A DNA stretch of 54,851 nt from Rhizomicrobium sp. (GCA_036502865.1 DASXXW010000097.1:1-54851), one strand, 5' to 3'. Counted from the stretch's first letter, positions 39,121-49,777 are shown. Notes: generated by a model from the sequence alone, not told the origin. Program-made: numbers and translations.

Positions 39121-39921
39121 TTACATTCCGGTCGTACAGACCGGAGGCGGGTTGTGGATGCGGGAAGACAGTGCTGCGCGGGATATTTCGACATTCGCAT
39201 AGTCCACGGCCAGCGTTTCCGGCGCGACAGAGCGGTAAATACCGAATTTGAAATAAGGCGGATTTGTTAAAATGTAACCGAATGGCCCGTGATAGTCGGC
39301 TATTTGTTCTCCATCGAGCCAAACCGTCACGCCGCCGGTTCCCTGCGCCCGTGCATCGAAATCGGCCACGGAAACGAGCGAATGCCAGGTTCCCCGAGTG
39401 ATCGGTGCGGTCGAGGTATAGATATGACGCTCCGGCGCGTTGTCACGAACGGGTTTCTCCCCGCTTACCCGGATATCGAATACCAGGATGTCGCCTTTGC
39501 GGAGTTCCAGCTGCCAGGGTGACGACATTTTCAACGTGTCCCCGGGATCTGGCCGGACATGCCAGTCGCCGAGAACCACCCAGCCCGCCGAACTTGGTGG
39601 GCCCGGCTCTATCCGGAACTGATAGGCGGTCCAGGTTTCGGCGTTGAGGCGCGCAGGATTGCTGTCGTCGATCGGAGCCGCCAGTTCGCTGCGCTCGACC
39701 GTCGCCGTCTGTGTCTCACCAAGCCAGTGGTCGCCCGTCCGCACTTCGAAGCGATACCGGCAGGAGGGATCGCCGGTTACAGCCAGCGACCAGGGCCGGG
39801 AACCATTCTGGACGGAATAGAGCAGTCCGCCCACGCGTACCGCTGCGTGGTTCATCAAGGCTGCCACGGCAGCGCTGCTCAGTAACGCCGTCACGAGCGC
39901 GGAAAAGCATAGGTGTCGCAT
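39121..39921 (-). CDS. Secreted polysaccharide lyase-like protein (heparin lyase I-like jelly roll)
   Basis: Signal peptide; RFEVRTGD, ERSEL, RGTWH, VWLDG, PYFKFGIYR; start trimmed to 39921. Confidence 0.75.
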   Translation of the reverse strand: MRHLCFSALVTALLSSAAVAALMNHAAVRVGGLLYSVQNGSRPWSLAVTGDPSCRYRFEVRTGDHWLGETQTATVERSELAAPIDDSNPARLNAETWTAYQFRIEPGPPSSAGWVVLGDWHVRPDPGDTLKMSSPWQLELRKGDILVFDIRVSGEKPVRDNAPERHIYTSTAPITRGTWHSLVSVADFDARAQGTGGVTVWLDGEQIADYHGPFGYILTNPPYFKFGIYRSVAPETLAVDYANVEISRAALSSRIHNPPPVCTTGM

Positions 39922-40039
39922 CGGCCCGCTTTCTCCCCTCGATGGTGAAACCTTTAGCGCCGGAAACCGGCGCCACAAGGCGCATCGACCCTCCGGAATC
40001 GAATCGCTACTGTGTGCCGGGAACTTCAAGGAATGCTTG

Positions 40040-41167
40040 ATGCGTTCGAGAACATTATTGCTCTGCGCCGCCTTGCTCGCGGCCTCCTGCACGGGCGCGA
40101 GCGCGCAGGGTGGCCAGAAACCGAGCGTGCTCGTCATGCCGTCTTATGCGCATATCTTCGTCATTATCGAGGAGAACCATACCACCGACGAGATCGTACC
40201 CAGCGATGCCGCACCCAATCTCACCCGCTTTGCGCAGCAATATGGCTATAGCTGGAAATTCTACGCCGAGCAGCATCCCAGCGAACCGAACTATGTTGCA
40301 ATACTGGGCGGTGACACGTTCGGTATCAAGGATGACGATGCATTCTGGTGCAAGCCCGGTATGAAAGATCCAGCGTGCTCGAGCGCGAATGCGCCGGGCT
40401 ATGTCGATCACACCATCACCGCGCCGAGTCTTGCCGCGCAACTCGCAGCACATCACCTCAGCTGGAAAGGGTATTTCGAGGATATTCCCGAGCCGGGCTC
40501 GCACGCTTATCGCTGGCCCGATGCGGCACACCCGGTGCCCGGCAAGCCGCAAGGTCTTTATGCCGTCAAGCATAACGGCTTCATGAATTTCAAGGACGTG
40601 CAGGACGATCCGGCGCTCGCGCAGAAAATTGTCGGTTTCGATGTGCTCGCGCGAGATCTCGCAAGCGGCGCCGTTCCAAACTATGCGCAGATCGTTCCCA
40701 ACCAGTGTAATGACATGCATGGCATGTCGAAGCTTCCCGATGTTCCGGCCGACTGCCTCTACGATGCGCGCGCGAAGCTCATTGCGCGTGGCGATTCCGT
40801 GGCGGGCCGCCTCGTTGCGCAGATCATGGCCTCGCCGTTCTGGTCAAAGCCCGACAATAGCGCGATCGTCATTACGTTCGACGAAAACGATGTCGACAAT
40901 CCGAGCCCCGGGCATGGAGATGGTTGCTGCGGTTCGGCAGCGGGGGACCCGAATAACCCCGGCGGCGGATGGATTCCCACCATCGTGATTACCAATCACG
41001 GCCCGCGCGCCCTGACCGATTTGACGCCGTTCAATCATTATTCGCTCCTGCGCACCACGGAGGATGCGTTCGGCATTCACGATTATCTCGGTCATGCCGG
41101 CGACACTGCTCATCATGTGTTCGATATGACATCGCTATTTTACCCGAGACCCGCGCCGGCGCAGTAA
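40040..41167 (+). CDS. Exported phosphoesterase family protein (acid phosphatase-like)
   Basis: HIFVIIEEN, HPSEPNY, YAVKHN, PNQCNDMH, ITFDE, NHYSLLRT. Confidence 0.9.
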   Translation: MRSRTLLLCAALLAASCTGASAQGGQKPSVLVMPSYAHIFVIIEENHTTDEIVPSDAAPNLTRFAQQYGYSWKFYAEQHPSEPNYVAILGGDTFGIKDDDAFWCKPGMKDPACSSANAPGYVDHTITAPSLAAQLAAHHLSWKGYFEDIPEPGSHAYRWPDAAHPVPGKPQGLYAVKHNGFMNFKDVQDDPALAQKIVGFDVLARDLASGAVPNYAQIVPNQCNDMHGMSKLPDVPADCLYDARAKLIARGDSVAGRLVAQIMASPFWSKPDNSAIVITFDENDVDNPSPGHGDGCCGSAAGDPNNPGGGWIPTIVITNHGPRALTDLTPFNHYSLLRTTEDAFGIHDYLGHAGDTAHHVFDMTSLFYPRPAPAQ

Positions 41168-42013
41168 TTACCACCGCGTATGGACGAGGTGGCCATGTCC
41201 GCCTATACGCAGCCCGTCGCTGCGTTCGGCGTAGTAGCGGGCATTGAGCGTGGTCGCGTCGAGGTCGGCAGGTTCCCGGAAGCCGAGGTCGTACAGCGTT
41301 TGGTTCAATTCCGCGGGTCGGAAGAAACAACGGAACGGCTCGCCGGCTTTGGCGACGCGCGCCGCGAGCGCCGCAAGTCGCGCCCGAGCAACGGGATCGC
41401 CCTCGGGGGCTGGCTCGGCATAATCGAAAATGAGTTCGCTTCCGCGCGCGAGTGACGCCAGCAGAATGCGGAGTGTCGAAAGAACCGTTTCGCGCGCGAG
41501 ATAGGGGATCACGCCAAGCCATGCCACCAGGGTAGGCGCGGCGAAATCGAAACCCGCCCGCCCGAGGCCGCTCTCGAGCGACTCACGTTCGAAATCGACG
41601 GGCGCGAAAACGACACTATCTGGTGTAGTAATGCCAGCTTCCACGAGACGCTCGCGCTTCCAGGCCTGCGTAGCAGGGTGGTCGACTTCGAAGACGCGCG
41701 AATGCTCCGTGCTCTGCCGATAGGCATAGGTATCGAGACCTGCGCCCAACAAGACATATTGATCGACGCCACGCGTTACGGCCTCGGCCAGTATGTCTTC
41801 CGTGTAGCGGGCGCGCGCCACAATGAACGCGCGCAAGCCGGGTGCCGCATAGCCGTGCCAGTCGGTGCCGGCCCGTAGTTCAGTCTCGGCGTCGCGTCCG
41901 ACAATGGCTAGCGCGAGTGGATCCTCGAACACGATCGGCTGGTCCAGCAGTTGATGCGCCGCCCGATGCATTGCCGCCCCCTGCGCTGTCCGGCTGGGTT
42001 GAGACAACACCAT
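41168..42013 (-). CDS. LCM-family class I SAM-dependent methyltransferase
   Basis: PSRTA, RAAH, FEDPLA, QYVLLGAGLDT, FEVDHPATQAWK; start trimmed to 42013. Confidence 0.9.
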   Translation of the reverse strand: MVLSQPSRTAQGAAMHRAAHQLLDQPIVFEDPLALAIVGRDAETELRAGTDWHGYAAPGLRAFIVARARYTEDILAEAVTRGVDQYVLLGAGLDTYAYRQSTEHSRVFEVDHPATQAWKRERLVEAGITTPDSVVFAPVDFERESLESGLGRAGFDFAAPTLVAWLGVIPYLARETVLSTLRILLASLARGSELIFDYAEPAPEGDPVARARLAALAARVAKAGEPFRCFFRPAELNQTLYDLGFREPADLDATTLNARYYAERSDGLRIGGHGHLVHTRW

Positions 42014-42218
42014 ATGACTCACCTCGCAAATTTGACTTGAGTGGGTTGTGTCGAAATGCGGCACGAAATGCCGTTCTCACACCACGCGACAATAGTTGAT
42101 CTTCAACCGCTTGCGCGAACTCCGTATTTCGCTCCGATTGACGCGGGAATCGCATTATAGGACATCGCTACTTTACCCGAGGCCCGCGCAATAGGACGGC
42201 GGCCGGCGGAGTTACGCG

Positions 42219-42434
42219 ATGATAACGAAGCGTCCCTGGTTTGGTCCGAAACGATTCGGCTGGGGGTGGACGCCGGTAAGCTGGGAGGGATGGTTTGTAA
42301 CTGTCCTGTCGATGGCCGTTGTCATCGCCGCCATCATTGTTTTCAGCGCCAGTCCCATGACCGTTTATATAAGTGTGGCGACCGTCGCCGCGCTGATTGT
42401 CATCTGTCTTCTCACCGGTGCCGGCCCGGGATAG
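42219..42434 (+). CDS. Small Trp-rich membrane protein of unknown function
   Basis: WFGPKRFGWGWTPVSWEGW followed by two TM helices; RBS GGAG. Confidence 0.8.
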   Translation: MITKRPWFGPKRFGWGWTPVSWEGWFVTVLSMAVVIAAIIVFSASPMTVYISVATVAALIVICLLTGAGPG

Positions 42435-42559
42435 TTCGCTGCCCAACCAATTTTTGGACGTCGTGCGCCGCAAGGTGTCGGCGCCCTCCGCTGTCCAAAC
42501 TCCCGAATGACAGCGGAGGGCACGTCAGGCCGAGGAGTTTCTCCTCTTCCGGCCACCGC

Positions 42560-42660
42560 AAAAACGAAAATCCCGCCGCCGATCGAGGGGAAAGACGGCG
42601 GGAAAGTTGTCCGGCCAGCACCCGCTACTCGGGGTTGCGGGACATGGGATCGGCCAGCTT
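42560..42660 (-). ncRNA. Candidate small RNA with two CCCC-loop hairpins and an intrinsic terminator
   Basis: Minus strand: CCCGC-AACCCCGAGUA-GCGGG, then UCCCGCCG-UCUUUCCCCUCGAUCGG-CGGCGGGA-UUUUCGUUUUU; no credible minus-strand CDS upstream; 5' end unknown. Confidence 0.5.
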
Positions 42661-42873
42661 ATGCGGATGATATCCTATACGATTGGCGAGTATGTAGTAC
42701 TTTTGCTTACAAATAATCCAAGAAATTTCCGCTTGGCCGCGCGCGTCTCCCGCGAAGCCCCGCTCCGGGGAAGGGCCCGAGAACAATCCACCTGATTTTG
42801 CCCGGCTCGGTTCTCGCTGTACCGGTCGGACAGGATTAATATCCGCCCGCCGCCGGAGTCGAGGCCGAGAGTG

Positions 42874-44916
42874 ATGCGTACAGAACAACCTCAGACGATC
42901 CCCTTCCCCAAGCAAGGTCCTGAACCCGCTACAGAAGCGATCGAACCGCCGCGGGCGGCGGAGCCTAACCCATGGCCGGCATTGATCTTTTCTGTGCTGT
43001 TAAGCGCCTTCTGGGTTGGCGGCGGCTTCGCCTATGGATGGGGTTATTTCGGTCCGGGCGGATTGTTCCGGCTGGACGTCCAGGAAACGGCGATCATCGT
43101 TTTCTCACTTTTCGTCCCGCCGATGCTGTTGATTGCCGCGGCCTGGGCTTTCACGCGCGGCCAGTCGCTTTCGGTTGCGGCACGGAATCTCAGTGACGCC
43201 ACCGACCGGCTGTTTGCAATGGATGAGACCGGCGCTCGTGCCGCCGCGCGCGTCAGCCGTGCTGTGCGGCGCGAACTCGATGCGTTGAATGCCGGCCTCG
43301 ATGGCGCGCTGACGCGGTTGCGCGCGCTCGAAGCTGTGCTGCAAACGCAGGTCGCGGCACTGGATGAAGCGGGCGCGCGGGTCGATGTGCGCGCCGAGAC
43401 CGCGGCGACCAAGCTCAGCCAGGAGCGCGAACGGATCGACAGCGTCACAGGCAATCTTGCCGACACGGCGACGCGCGCGAGCGAGACGGTGGCGGGCCGC
43501 GCAGCACAGCTCAAATCCATGATCGAAGCGGCCGAGGCTGCGCTCCGAAATTCGGGAACGGCACTGGAAACCCAGGCCGCGAGCTTCCGCGCGGCTGCAG
43601 AAACTGCGGCCGAAGCCCCGCATGCCGTGGCCGTTGAACTCGACCGGCAAGCCAAGCGCATCGAGTCTGTGTCCGATGCAGCGCTGGCGCGATCGGAATT
43701 CATTCTCGGCCGTCATGAACGCCACCGAGCCGCCATGCAGGAATTGCTGCAGAAACTCCGGGACGAAAGTTCGGGCTTCGAAACGGCCATTGCCGCCCAA
43801 CAGGCATCGTTCGCAAAAACAATCTCGGAGCTTACGCAAACTGCGCAGCAATTCGGCGCAATCGCCGAAGATGCCGATCGGCGTCTCTCCACGGTCGCCG
43901 GCAACGCCAGCAGCCGCAATGTCGAACTCACAGCCGGATTTACGCGCGAAGCAGAAAATCTGCGGGCGGTCAGCGAAACCGCGCAGGCCATGCTCGCAAA
44001 GCTTGTCGATGCATTGCGCGACGCGGGCTCAGGTGCACAAACGCTCATTGCCGAGACGGCTACGCAAACAAGCAACAGCGCCAAAGTATTGGTCGGTGAA
44101 GCCATGTCGGAAGCCGAGCGGCTTCTCAAAATGGCCAATCGCATTGACGCCGAAAGCAAGGAAATGAAAGTCTCCCTCGCAAGCACGGCGGAGGAAGTCG
44201 AACGCCACCTGCTTTCCTTGCCGGATGTAGCAAAGCAGGAAGCCCAACGCGTGCGCGAGATGGTTCGCGCGGAAAGCGATGCGATTCTCGATCTTTCCGC
44301 GCGCACGCTTTCCACCATCCATGCGCGCTCGGGCCGGAGCGCGCCGGCGCGCGAGCCCGTGATCGGTAGCGAAGAAAGTAGTTCTGCGCAGCCCGAAAGC
44401 GAGGGCCTGCTGGCAATGGCGCGACGGCTGACACAGCGCCCGCCGCCAAAGCCCAAGCGCAGAGAACCGGAAGAGAAACCGTCCTGGGAAATGCGTACCC
44501 TGCTCAGTGCGGCCGGTGGTGGTACAGGCGAAAAGTCACTTCAATCGGGCGCGGCGGCCTCGCTTGGCGCGCTGCAGGCGGCGATTTCGGATCTCGCCAT
44601 CGATTTGCGTCCGATCGTGGCCGACATACCGCCGACAGATGACGAGTGGCGGCTCTATCTACAGGGCGACCGTTCGCTTTTCGCCCGCCGTATTGCGGAA
44701 GCCATCGATGCCGAAAGTGTCGAGCGCATCAGCCGCAGCTATCGCGACAAGCCGGCCTTCCGCGACGCGGCTGATAATTATATCGCCGAATTCGAGACGT
44801 TGCTTGCGCGGGTGCGCGAAGGCGACGGCAACGGATTACTCACATCGGCCATGCTTGGAGCAGATACGGGAAAGATCTACCTCGCCGTCGCCTATGCGCT
44901 CGGTCGGCTGTCATGA
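42874..44916 (+). CDS. TipN/growth-pole-ring-like membrane-anchored coiled-coil polarity protein
   Basis: Two N-terminal TMs, long Ala/Glu/Arg helical region, C-terminal [11 protein letters not shown]...YIAEFETLL...DTGKIYL...GRL domain. Confidence 0.65.
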   Translation: MRTEQPQTIPFPKQGPEPATEAIEPPRAAEPNPWPALIFSVLLSAFWVGGGFAYGWGYFGPGGLFRLDVQETAIIVFSLFVPPMLLIAAAWAFTRGQSLSVAARNLSDATDRLFAMDETGARAAARVSRAVRRELDALNAGLDGALTRLRALEAVLQTQVAALDEAGARVDVRAETAATKLSQERERIDSVTGNLADTATRASETVAGRAAQLKSMIEAAEAALRNSGTALETQAASFRAAAETAAEAPHAVAVELDRQAKRIESVSDAALARSEFILGRHERHRAAMQELLQKLRDESSGFETAIAAQQASFAKTISELTQTAQQFGAIAEDADRRLSTVAGNASSRNVELTAGFTREAENLRAVSETAQAMLAKLVDALRDAGSGAQTLIAETATQTSNSAKVLVGEAMSEAERLLKMANRIDAESKEMKVSLASTAEEVERHLLSLPDVAKQEAQRVREMVRAESDAILDLSARTLSTIHARSGRSAPAREPVIGSEESSSAQPESEGLLAMARRLTQRPPPKPKRREPEEKPSWEMRTLLSAAGGGTGEKSLQSGAAASLGALQAAISDLAIDLRPIVADIPPTDDEWRLYLQGDRSLFARRIAEAIDAESVERISRSYRDKPAFRDAADNYIAEFETLLARVREGDGNGLLTSAMLGADTGKIYLAVAYALGRLS

Positions 44917-46233
44917 GCGCGTGAGGCGCGCCGAATAAAACCCGTCCATGCCGCCTTGCTCCGCCCGATGGCAGGGCAGGGTGCGCAAATCGCCATCGCT
45001 GGTAATCAGTTCTGCAAGCCCGAATAGTTCATCCGCGTCGACAGGCACGCGACGGAACTGGCCGTTCCGGCGCAAGAAATGCGAAATCTGTTCCTCGCCC
45101 TCTTCCGGTTCGAGCGAACACACCGCGAATACCAACATACCACCGGGCGCAACCATTGCGGCGGCTGCGTCGAGAAGTTCTCCGGCCGCATCGCTGCAGG
45201 CCGCGATATCGCCGGGGCTCTTAATCCAGGGCAATTCGGGATGGCGGCGGATCGTGCCTGTGGCACTGCACGGCGCATCGAGCAGCACGCAATCTGCGAG
45301 ACGATCCGGTTCGAAATCGCGCATATCCGCACAGACAAATTGTGCTTCGAGCTTCAATCGTTTGAAGTTGGCGGTCAGCCGCGCCAGACGCGCCGCATCG
45401 CGTTCGACGGCTGTCACTTGCGCGCCGCCCGCGGCCAGTTGCGCGGTCTTGCCGCCCGGCGCCGCGCAGAGATCGATTGCCGATCGCCCGCGAACATCGC
45501 CAAAGAGCCGGACAGGCAAACTCGCCGCAAAATCCTGAACCCAGAATGCGCCGTCTGCGAATCCTTCCAGTTCTTCGATATTTCCTGCGTGTTCGAGCCG
45601 GATTATTTCGCCAAATGATTCTTTCCTTTCCGCTGTCGCACGCGGGACTGGAAATATCTGCTGCTGGCGAAAAATATCCGGCGAGCGTACCCATAAATCC
45701 AAGGGTGGAGTTTGGGCGTGGACCCCGGCAATCGCGCGCGTTGTGTCTTCGCCGTATCCCTCGCACCAGCGGGTCCAGAGCCAGTCGGGCGTATTGAGAC
45801 GCGCTGCATCCTGCGACTGCGCGATTGCTTGTCCCTCGCGCGCGATGCGGCGGAGAGAGGCATTGATCAGCGGCTTGAAGTGAACCGCTTTAGAGTCGCC
45901 TGCTGCGAGCAAATTAGCGCCGTCGACGGCCGCGTGCGCCGGTACGCCAAGGAAAAGAAGTTCGCACGTACCCGCGAGCAGTATCTCCAATGTGGATCCT
46001 GCGCGATACGGCGAAGGCGGGCGCGGCACGAAGCGCTTCACCAGATCGTCAAGCTGGCCAAAGCGGCGCAGCGTTTCATTGGCGATGGCGCGCGCGAAAC
46101 CCCTGTCGCGCGGTTCAAGGCCATGCGCGGTTGTCGATTCATCGAGTGCGAGATCGAGCGGAAATTTGCGCCGCAACGTTGCGGTCAAAGCTTCATGCGC
46201 GGCTTTTCGCGCGCCGGTGCCGGCTGCGCTCAT
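44911..46233 (-). CDS. rsmB: RsmB/NOP (Sun) family rRNA cytosine methyltransferase with NusB-like domain
   Basis: [43 protein letters not shown]. Confidence 0.92.
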   Translation of the reverse strand: MSAAGTGARKAAHEALTATLRRKFPLDLALDESTTAHGLEPRDRGFARAIANETLRRFGQLDDLVKRFVPRPPSPYRAGSTLEILLAGTCELLFLGVPAHAAVDGANLLAAGDSKAVHFKPLINASLRRIAREGQAIAQSQDAARLNTPDWLWTRWCEGYGEDTTRAIAGVHAQTPPLDLWVRSPDIFRQQQIFPVPRATAERKESFGEIIRLEHAGNIEELEGFADGAFWVQDFAASLPVRLFGDVRGRSAIDLCAAPGGKTAQLAAGGAQVTAVERDAARLARLTANFKRLKLEAQFVCADMRDFEPDRLADCVLLDAPCSATGTIRRHPELPWIKSPGDIAACSDAAGELLDAAAAMVAPGGMLVFAVCSLEPEEGEEQISHFLRRNGQFRRVPVDADELFGLAELITSDGDLRTLPCHRAEQGGMDGFYSARLTRS

Positions 46234-47099
46234 GACCATGGACCGCGCCGGGTTGTCTGCTGTCCCAATTCGGCCGCCATGGCCTTGAGCCGCGCAACCC
46301 GTTCCTCCGTGGACGGATGACTGGAGAACAGACCCGAAAATCCGCCATGCAATGGATTGATGATGAACATATGGGCAGTGGCCGGATTAGCGTCGGCAGC
46401 AGGATTGTCGATGATCTCCGCGGAATGCTCAATGCGCTCAAGCGCGGAGGCAAGCCAGAGCGGACGTCCGGAAAGTTCGGCGCCGCGACGATCGGCTTCG
46501 AATTCGCGGCTGCGGCTGATAGCCATCTGAACAAAGATCGCCGCTATCGGGGCAAGCAAAGTAACAAGCAGCATGCCGACAATGCCAAGTGGATTGCGAT
46601 TACGGCCGCCGAAGAAGAAAGCGAAGTTTGCCAGCATTGCAACGGCGCCGGCGATGGTGGCAACGAGCGTCATCGTCAGTGTGTCGCGATTCTTCACATG
46701 GCTGAGTTCATGGGCAAGAACGCCCGCGAGCTCTTCCCTGTTCACGCGCTGCAACAGACCGGTGGTCACACAGATGGCGGCATGTTCGGGATTGCGGCCC
46801 GTAGCGAAAGCATTGGGTTGCGGATTGTCGACGATACAAACGCGCGGCATCGGCAGACCGGCTTTTGTTGCAAGCCCCGAAATCAGATGTACGAGATCCG
46901 GCGCGCTCTGCTCGTCGACCGGTCGCGCGCCGTAGAGCGACAGCACCATCTTGTCGGAATTCCAGTAGGCGATAAGATTACTCCCGACCGCAAACAGGAA
47001 GGCGATAGCCATCCCCGCCACGCCGCCGATCAGAAATCCCACCACCAGGAAGAGCCCGGTCAGCGCCGCCATCAGAACGCCGGTTCTCAACATATTCAT
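46230..47099 (-). CDS. htpX: Zinc metalloprotease HtpX
   Basis: [29 protein letters not shown]. Confidence 0.96.
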   Translation of the reverse strand: MNMLRTGVLMAALTGLFLVVGFLIGGVAGMAIAFLFAVGSNLIAYWNSDKMVLSLYGARPVDEQSAPDLVHLISGLATKAGLPMPRVCIVDNPQPNAFATGRNPEHAAICVTTGLLQRVNREELAGVLAHELSHVKNRDTLTMTLVATIAGAVAMLANFAFFFGGRNRNPLGIVGMLLVTLLAPIAAIFVQMAISRSREFEADRRGAELSGRPLWLASALERIEHSAEIIDNPAADANPATAHMFIINPLHGGFSGLFSSHPSTEERVARLKAMAAELGQQTTRRGPWS

Positions 47100-47188
47100 C
47101 ATGAAAATTGCCTTCGGGTTGCGGTCATTCTATTTCACGCAGGATGATCATGCCGTGATTTATGCGGCCGCGGACCCGCTTCAACCAC

Positions 47189-47395
47189 ATGAGCAAAGCT
47201 TCACGGGACAAAGAGAAAAGGGCCGAAATCGCCGCTCGCATCCAGGAGGCCGGTGCGCGCGCGAAAGCGGAAGCCGAGAAGCGGCAGGCCGAAAAGCACC
47301 CGCATCCCTGTCCGAAGGAAATCGGCGGTGCGGACGGCCCGGAACCCACCCGTTTTGGGGATTGGGAGCGTAAGGGCGTAATATCCGACTTCTGA
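47189..47395 (+). CDS. DUF1674 (SDHAF4-like) protein
   Basis: EIGGADGPEPTRFGDWERKGVISDF; start 47162 or 47189. Confidence 0.9.
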   Translation: MSKASRDKEKRAEIAARIQEAGARAKAEAEKRQAEKHPHPCPKEIGGADGPEPTRFGDWERKGVISDF

Positions 47396-47460
47396 GGGCG
47401 GGCTTGATCCGCCGGATGCTGCAGGCCATGTAACTGCTACCCCCCAAAACGGCGAGTCCC

Positions 47461-48024
47461 ATGTTCATCCAGACCGAATCCACGCCCAATCCCAATACGC
47501 TGAAATTCCTGCCCGGACGGGAGGTGATGGGGGATGGCGCGGTCGCCGATTTTCCGGACCCCGAATCGGCTGTGCGCTCGCCGCTTGCCGGCGCCCTGTT
47601 CGAGATTCCGGAGGTGTCGCGCGTCTTCTTCGGCAGCGATTTCATTTCCGTGACCAAATCCGATGCCGATTGGCAGCATCTGAAACCAGCCGTTCTCGCC
47701 GCGATCATGGATCATTTCACGCGCGATCTTCCGCTGATCGCGGGCGATCATGCGGATGATGATGACGACGCGATGCTCGGTGACGGCGATCCGGAGATCG
47801 TGGCGCAGATCAGGGAGCTGCTCGATACGCGTGTCCGTCCGGCGGTGGCGAGCGATGGCGGCGACATCATCTTTCGTGGTTTCGACGGCGGCTCGGGAAT
47901 CGTTTATCTGCGCTTGCGCGGCTCCTGCGCCGGCTGCCCGTCTTCGACGATGACTTTGAAACACGGGATCGAGAATATGCTGCGGCATTATATTCCCGAA
48001 GTGAACGCCGTCGAAGCCGTCTGA
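47461..48024 (+). CDS. nfuA: NifU/NfuA family Fe-S carrier
   Basis: MFIQTESTPNPNTLKFLPG, RPAVASDGGD, GSCAGCPSS. Confidence 0.93.
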   Translation: MFIQTESTPNPNTLKFLPGREVMGDGAVADFPDPESAVRSPLAGALFEIPEVSRVFFGSDFISVTKSDADWQHLKPAVLAAIMDHFTRDLPLIAGDHADDDDDAMLGDGDPEIVAQIRELLDTRVRPAVASDGGDIIFRGFDGGSGIVYLRLRGSCAGCPSSTMTLKHGIENMLRHYIPEVNAVEAV

Positions 48025-48632
48025 TGGCCGAACGCGCCCTGACTGCGACTCCCATATCGGACGATGCGCTCGATACGATCTTCCGTAACGCGCGTACCTA
48101 CAGATATTGGCAGGACAAGCCTGTCAGTCCGGCTCTGCTGATGGCGATCTACGATCTGATGCGTCTCGGGCCGACCAGCGGTAATTGCTGTCCCGCGCGC
48201 ATCGTGTTTGTTGTTTCGCATGAGGCCAAGGAACGGCTGAAGCCGCATCTCGACGAAAGCAATGTCGGCAAGACCATGTCGGCGCCCGCTACTGCGATCA
48301 TCGGATTCGATCTCGATTTCGCGGACAAGTTTCCTACACTCTATCCCCAGGATCCCGACGCAAAGAATGCGTATCAGGACCCTGTACTGGCGGAGCGCGT
48401 GGCGTTCCGTAACGGTAGCATTCAGGGTGGCTATTTCATTATTGCGGCGCGTGCATTGGGCCTCGATTGCGGACCCATGTCGGGATTCGACAATGCGGGC
48501 GTGGATCGCGAGTTTTTCGCCGACAGCCGCGTGAGATCGAATTTCCTCTGCAATATCGGTTTCGGCGATCCCTCGCATTTGCATCCGCGCAATCCAAGGC
48601 TTTCCTTCGAGGAAGCCTGCCGAATCGTTTGA
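48024..48632 (+). CDS. RutE-like nitroreductase (malonic semialdehyde reductase family)
   Basis: FRNART, GPTSGN, RALGLDCGPMSGFD, PRNPRLSFEEAC. Confidence 0.9.
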   Translation: MAERALTATPISDDALDTIFRNARTYRYWQDKPVSPALLMAIYDLMRLGPTSGNCCPARIVFVVSHEAKERLKPHLDESNVGKTMSAPATAIIGFDLDFADKFPTLYPQDPDAKNAYQDPVLAERVAFRNGSIQGGYFIIAARALGLDCGPMSGFDNAGVDREFFADSRVRSNFLCNIGFGDPSHLHPRNPRLSFEEACRIV

Positions 48633-48653
48633 GCCACAGCAGGGCGAAACTCC

Positions 48654-49331
48654 GTGAAGATTCTCGCTGTCGATACGGCGCTGGGCGCTTGTTCCGCTGC
48701 TTTGCTGGATGGCGAGGACATCCTTGCGCACGCCTTTGAAGTGATGGAACGCGGCCATGCCGAGCGGCTGGCGCCCATGGTGCAGGAAGTAATGAGTAGC
48801 GCCGGGATGGCGTTCGATGCAGTCGAGCGCCTCGCAGTCACCATTGGGCCCGGGACGTTCACCGGGCAGCGCGTGGGTTATGCGTTCATGCGTGGGTTGA
48901 AGCTCGCGCTCAAGCGGCCGCTGGTTGGTATCACGACATTGTCCGCGATGGCGCATGCGGCGATGGCGAATGCCGGAGTGCAAGCCGGCGCCGTGTTGCA
49001 CGATGCAAGACGGGGAGAAGTATATTTCACGCTTGTGACGAAAAATACGACGCAGATGCCCGACCAACTCATTTCATTCGACGACGGAGTGTCTGCGATT
49101 CTGAAGTTTATCGAAAGTTTCGATGGACGTTTGGTAGTGGCCGGGACCGCGGCCCGCGAAGCAGTCAGGGCCGTAGAGGCAAACAGACATGAAGCCTTGC
49201 ATTCGGAGATCGTCGCACCGGATGCAATCTGGGTCGCGCGGCTCGCATTGACTGCACCGGAACCGGAAACCGTCCCGCGCCCGCTTTATCTGCGGCCTCC
49301 CGATGCACGCCTTCCCGCGGCCGCCTCATGA
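48654..49331 (+). CDS. tsaB: tRNA t6A biosynthesis protein TsaB
   Basis: ILAVDTA, HAERL, GPGTFTG, DARRGEVY, PLYLRPPD. Confidence 0.95.
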   Translation: MKILAVDTALGACSAALLDGEDILAHAFEVMERGHAERLAPMVQEVMSSAGMAFDAVERLAVTIGPGTFTGQRVGYAFMRGLKLALKRPLVGITTLSAMAHAAMANAGVQAGAVLHDARRGEVYFTLVTKNTTQMPDQLISFDDGVSAILKFIESFDGRLVVAGTAAREAVRAVEANRHEALHSEIVAPDAIWVARLALTAPEPETVPRPLYLRPPDARLPAAAS

Positions 49332-49777
49332 AGATCAGGCAAGCTACGCTCTCCGATCTTTCCATTATTGCGGACCTCCATGCACGTTGCTTCGAGCAGG
49401 CCTGGGATCGGGAATTCATCAGCCGCATTCTGGCGGCACCGGGAGTTGCCGCTTTTGTAGCAATCGAAATGGACTTGCCTGCCGGTTTTGTTTTGACGCG
49501 TGCCGCTGCCGGTGAAGCGGAAATCCTCTCGGTCGGCGTGGATGCGGAAAATCGGCGGCGTGGGCTCGGCGCGGCTTTGATACGCGCTGTTTGTCTGTAT
49601 TTGCAAGCGGCGAAAATCGAGGAGGTTTTCCTTGAGGTCTCCGTCGAGAATGCGGCCGCCCGGTCACTTTACAATCAATTGGGATTTCGCGAGGTCGGCC
49701 GCCGCCCGGACTATTATGAAGAGGCTGTCGGGCCCGCGCGCGACGCGCTGGTCCTGCGCTGTGCATTGCCGCTTTAA
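49328..49777 (+). CDS. rimI: RimI-type GNAT N-acetyltransferase
   Basis: EAEILS, RRRGLG, FLEV, GRRPDYY; follows tsaB. Confidence 0.9.
   Translation: MKIRQATLSDLSIIADLHARCFEQAWDREFISRILAAPGVAAFVAIEMDLPAGFVLTRAAAGEAEILSVGVDAENRRRGLGAALIRAVCLYLQAAKIEEVFLEVSVENAAARSLYNQLGFREVGRRPDYYEEAVGPARDALVLRCALPL

Noticed and set aside
20169-39921. True alginate operon
   Set aside because: AlgD-, AlgI- and lyase-like parts are present, but no Alg8/Alg44 synthase, AlgK/AlgE or AlgG; Wzx/Wzy and GT4 genes point to a different polymer
42507-42716. 69-aa plus-strand ORF
   Set aside because: No motifs; overlaps strong RNA hairpins better explained as a minus-strand sRNA/terminator
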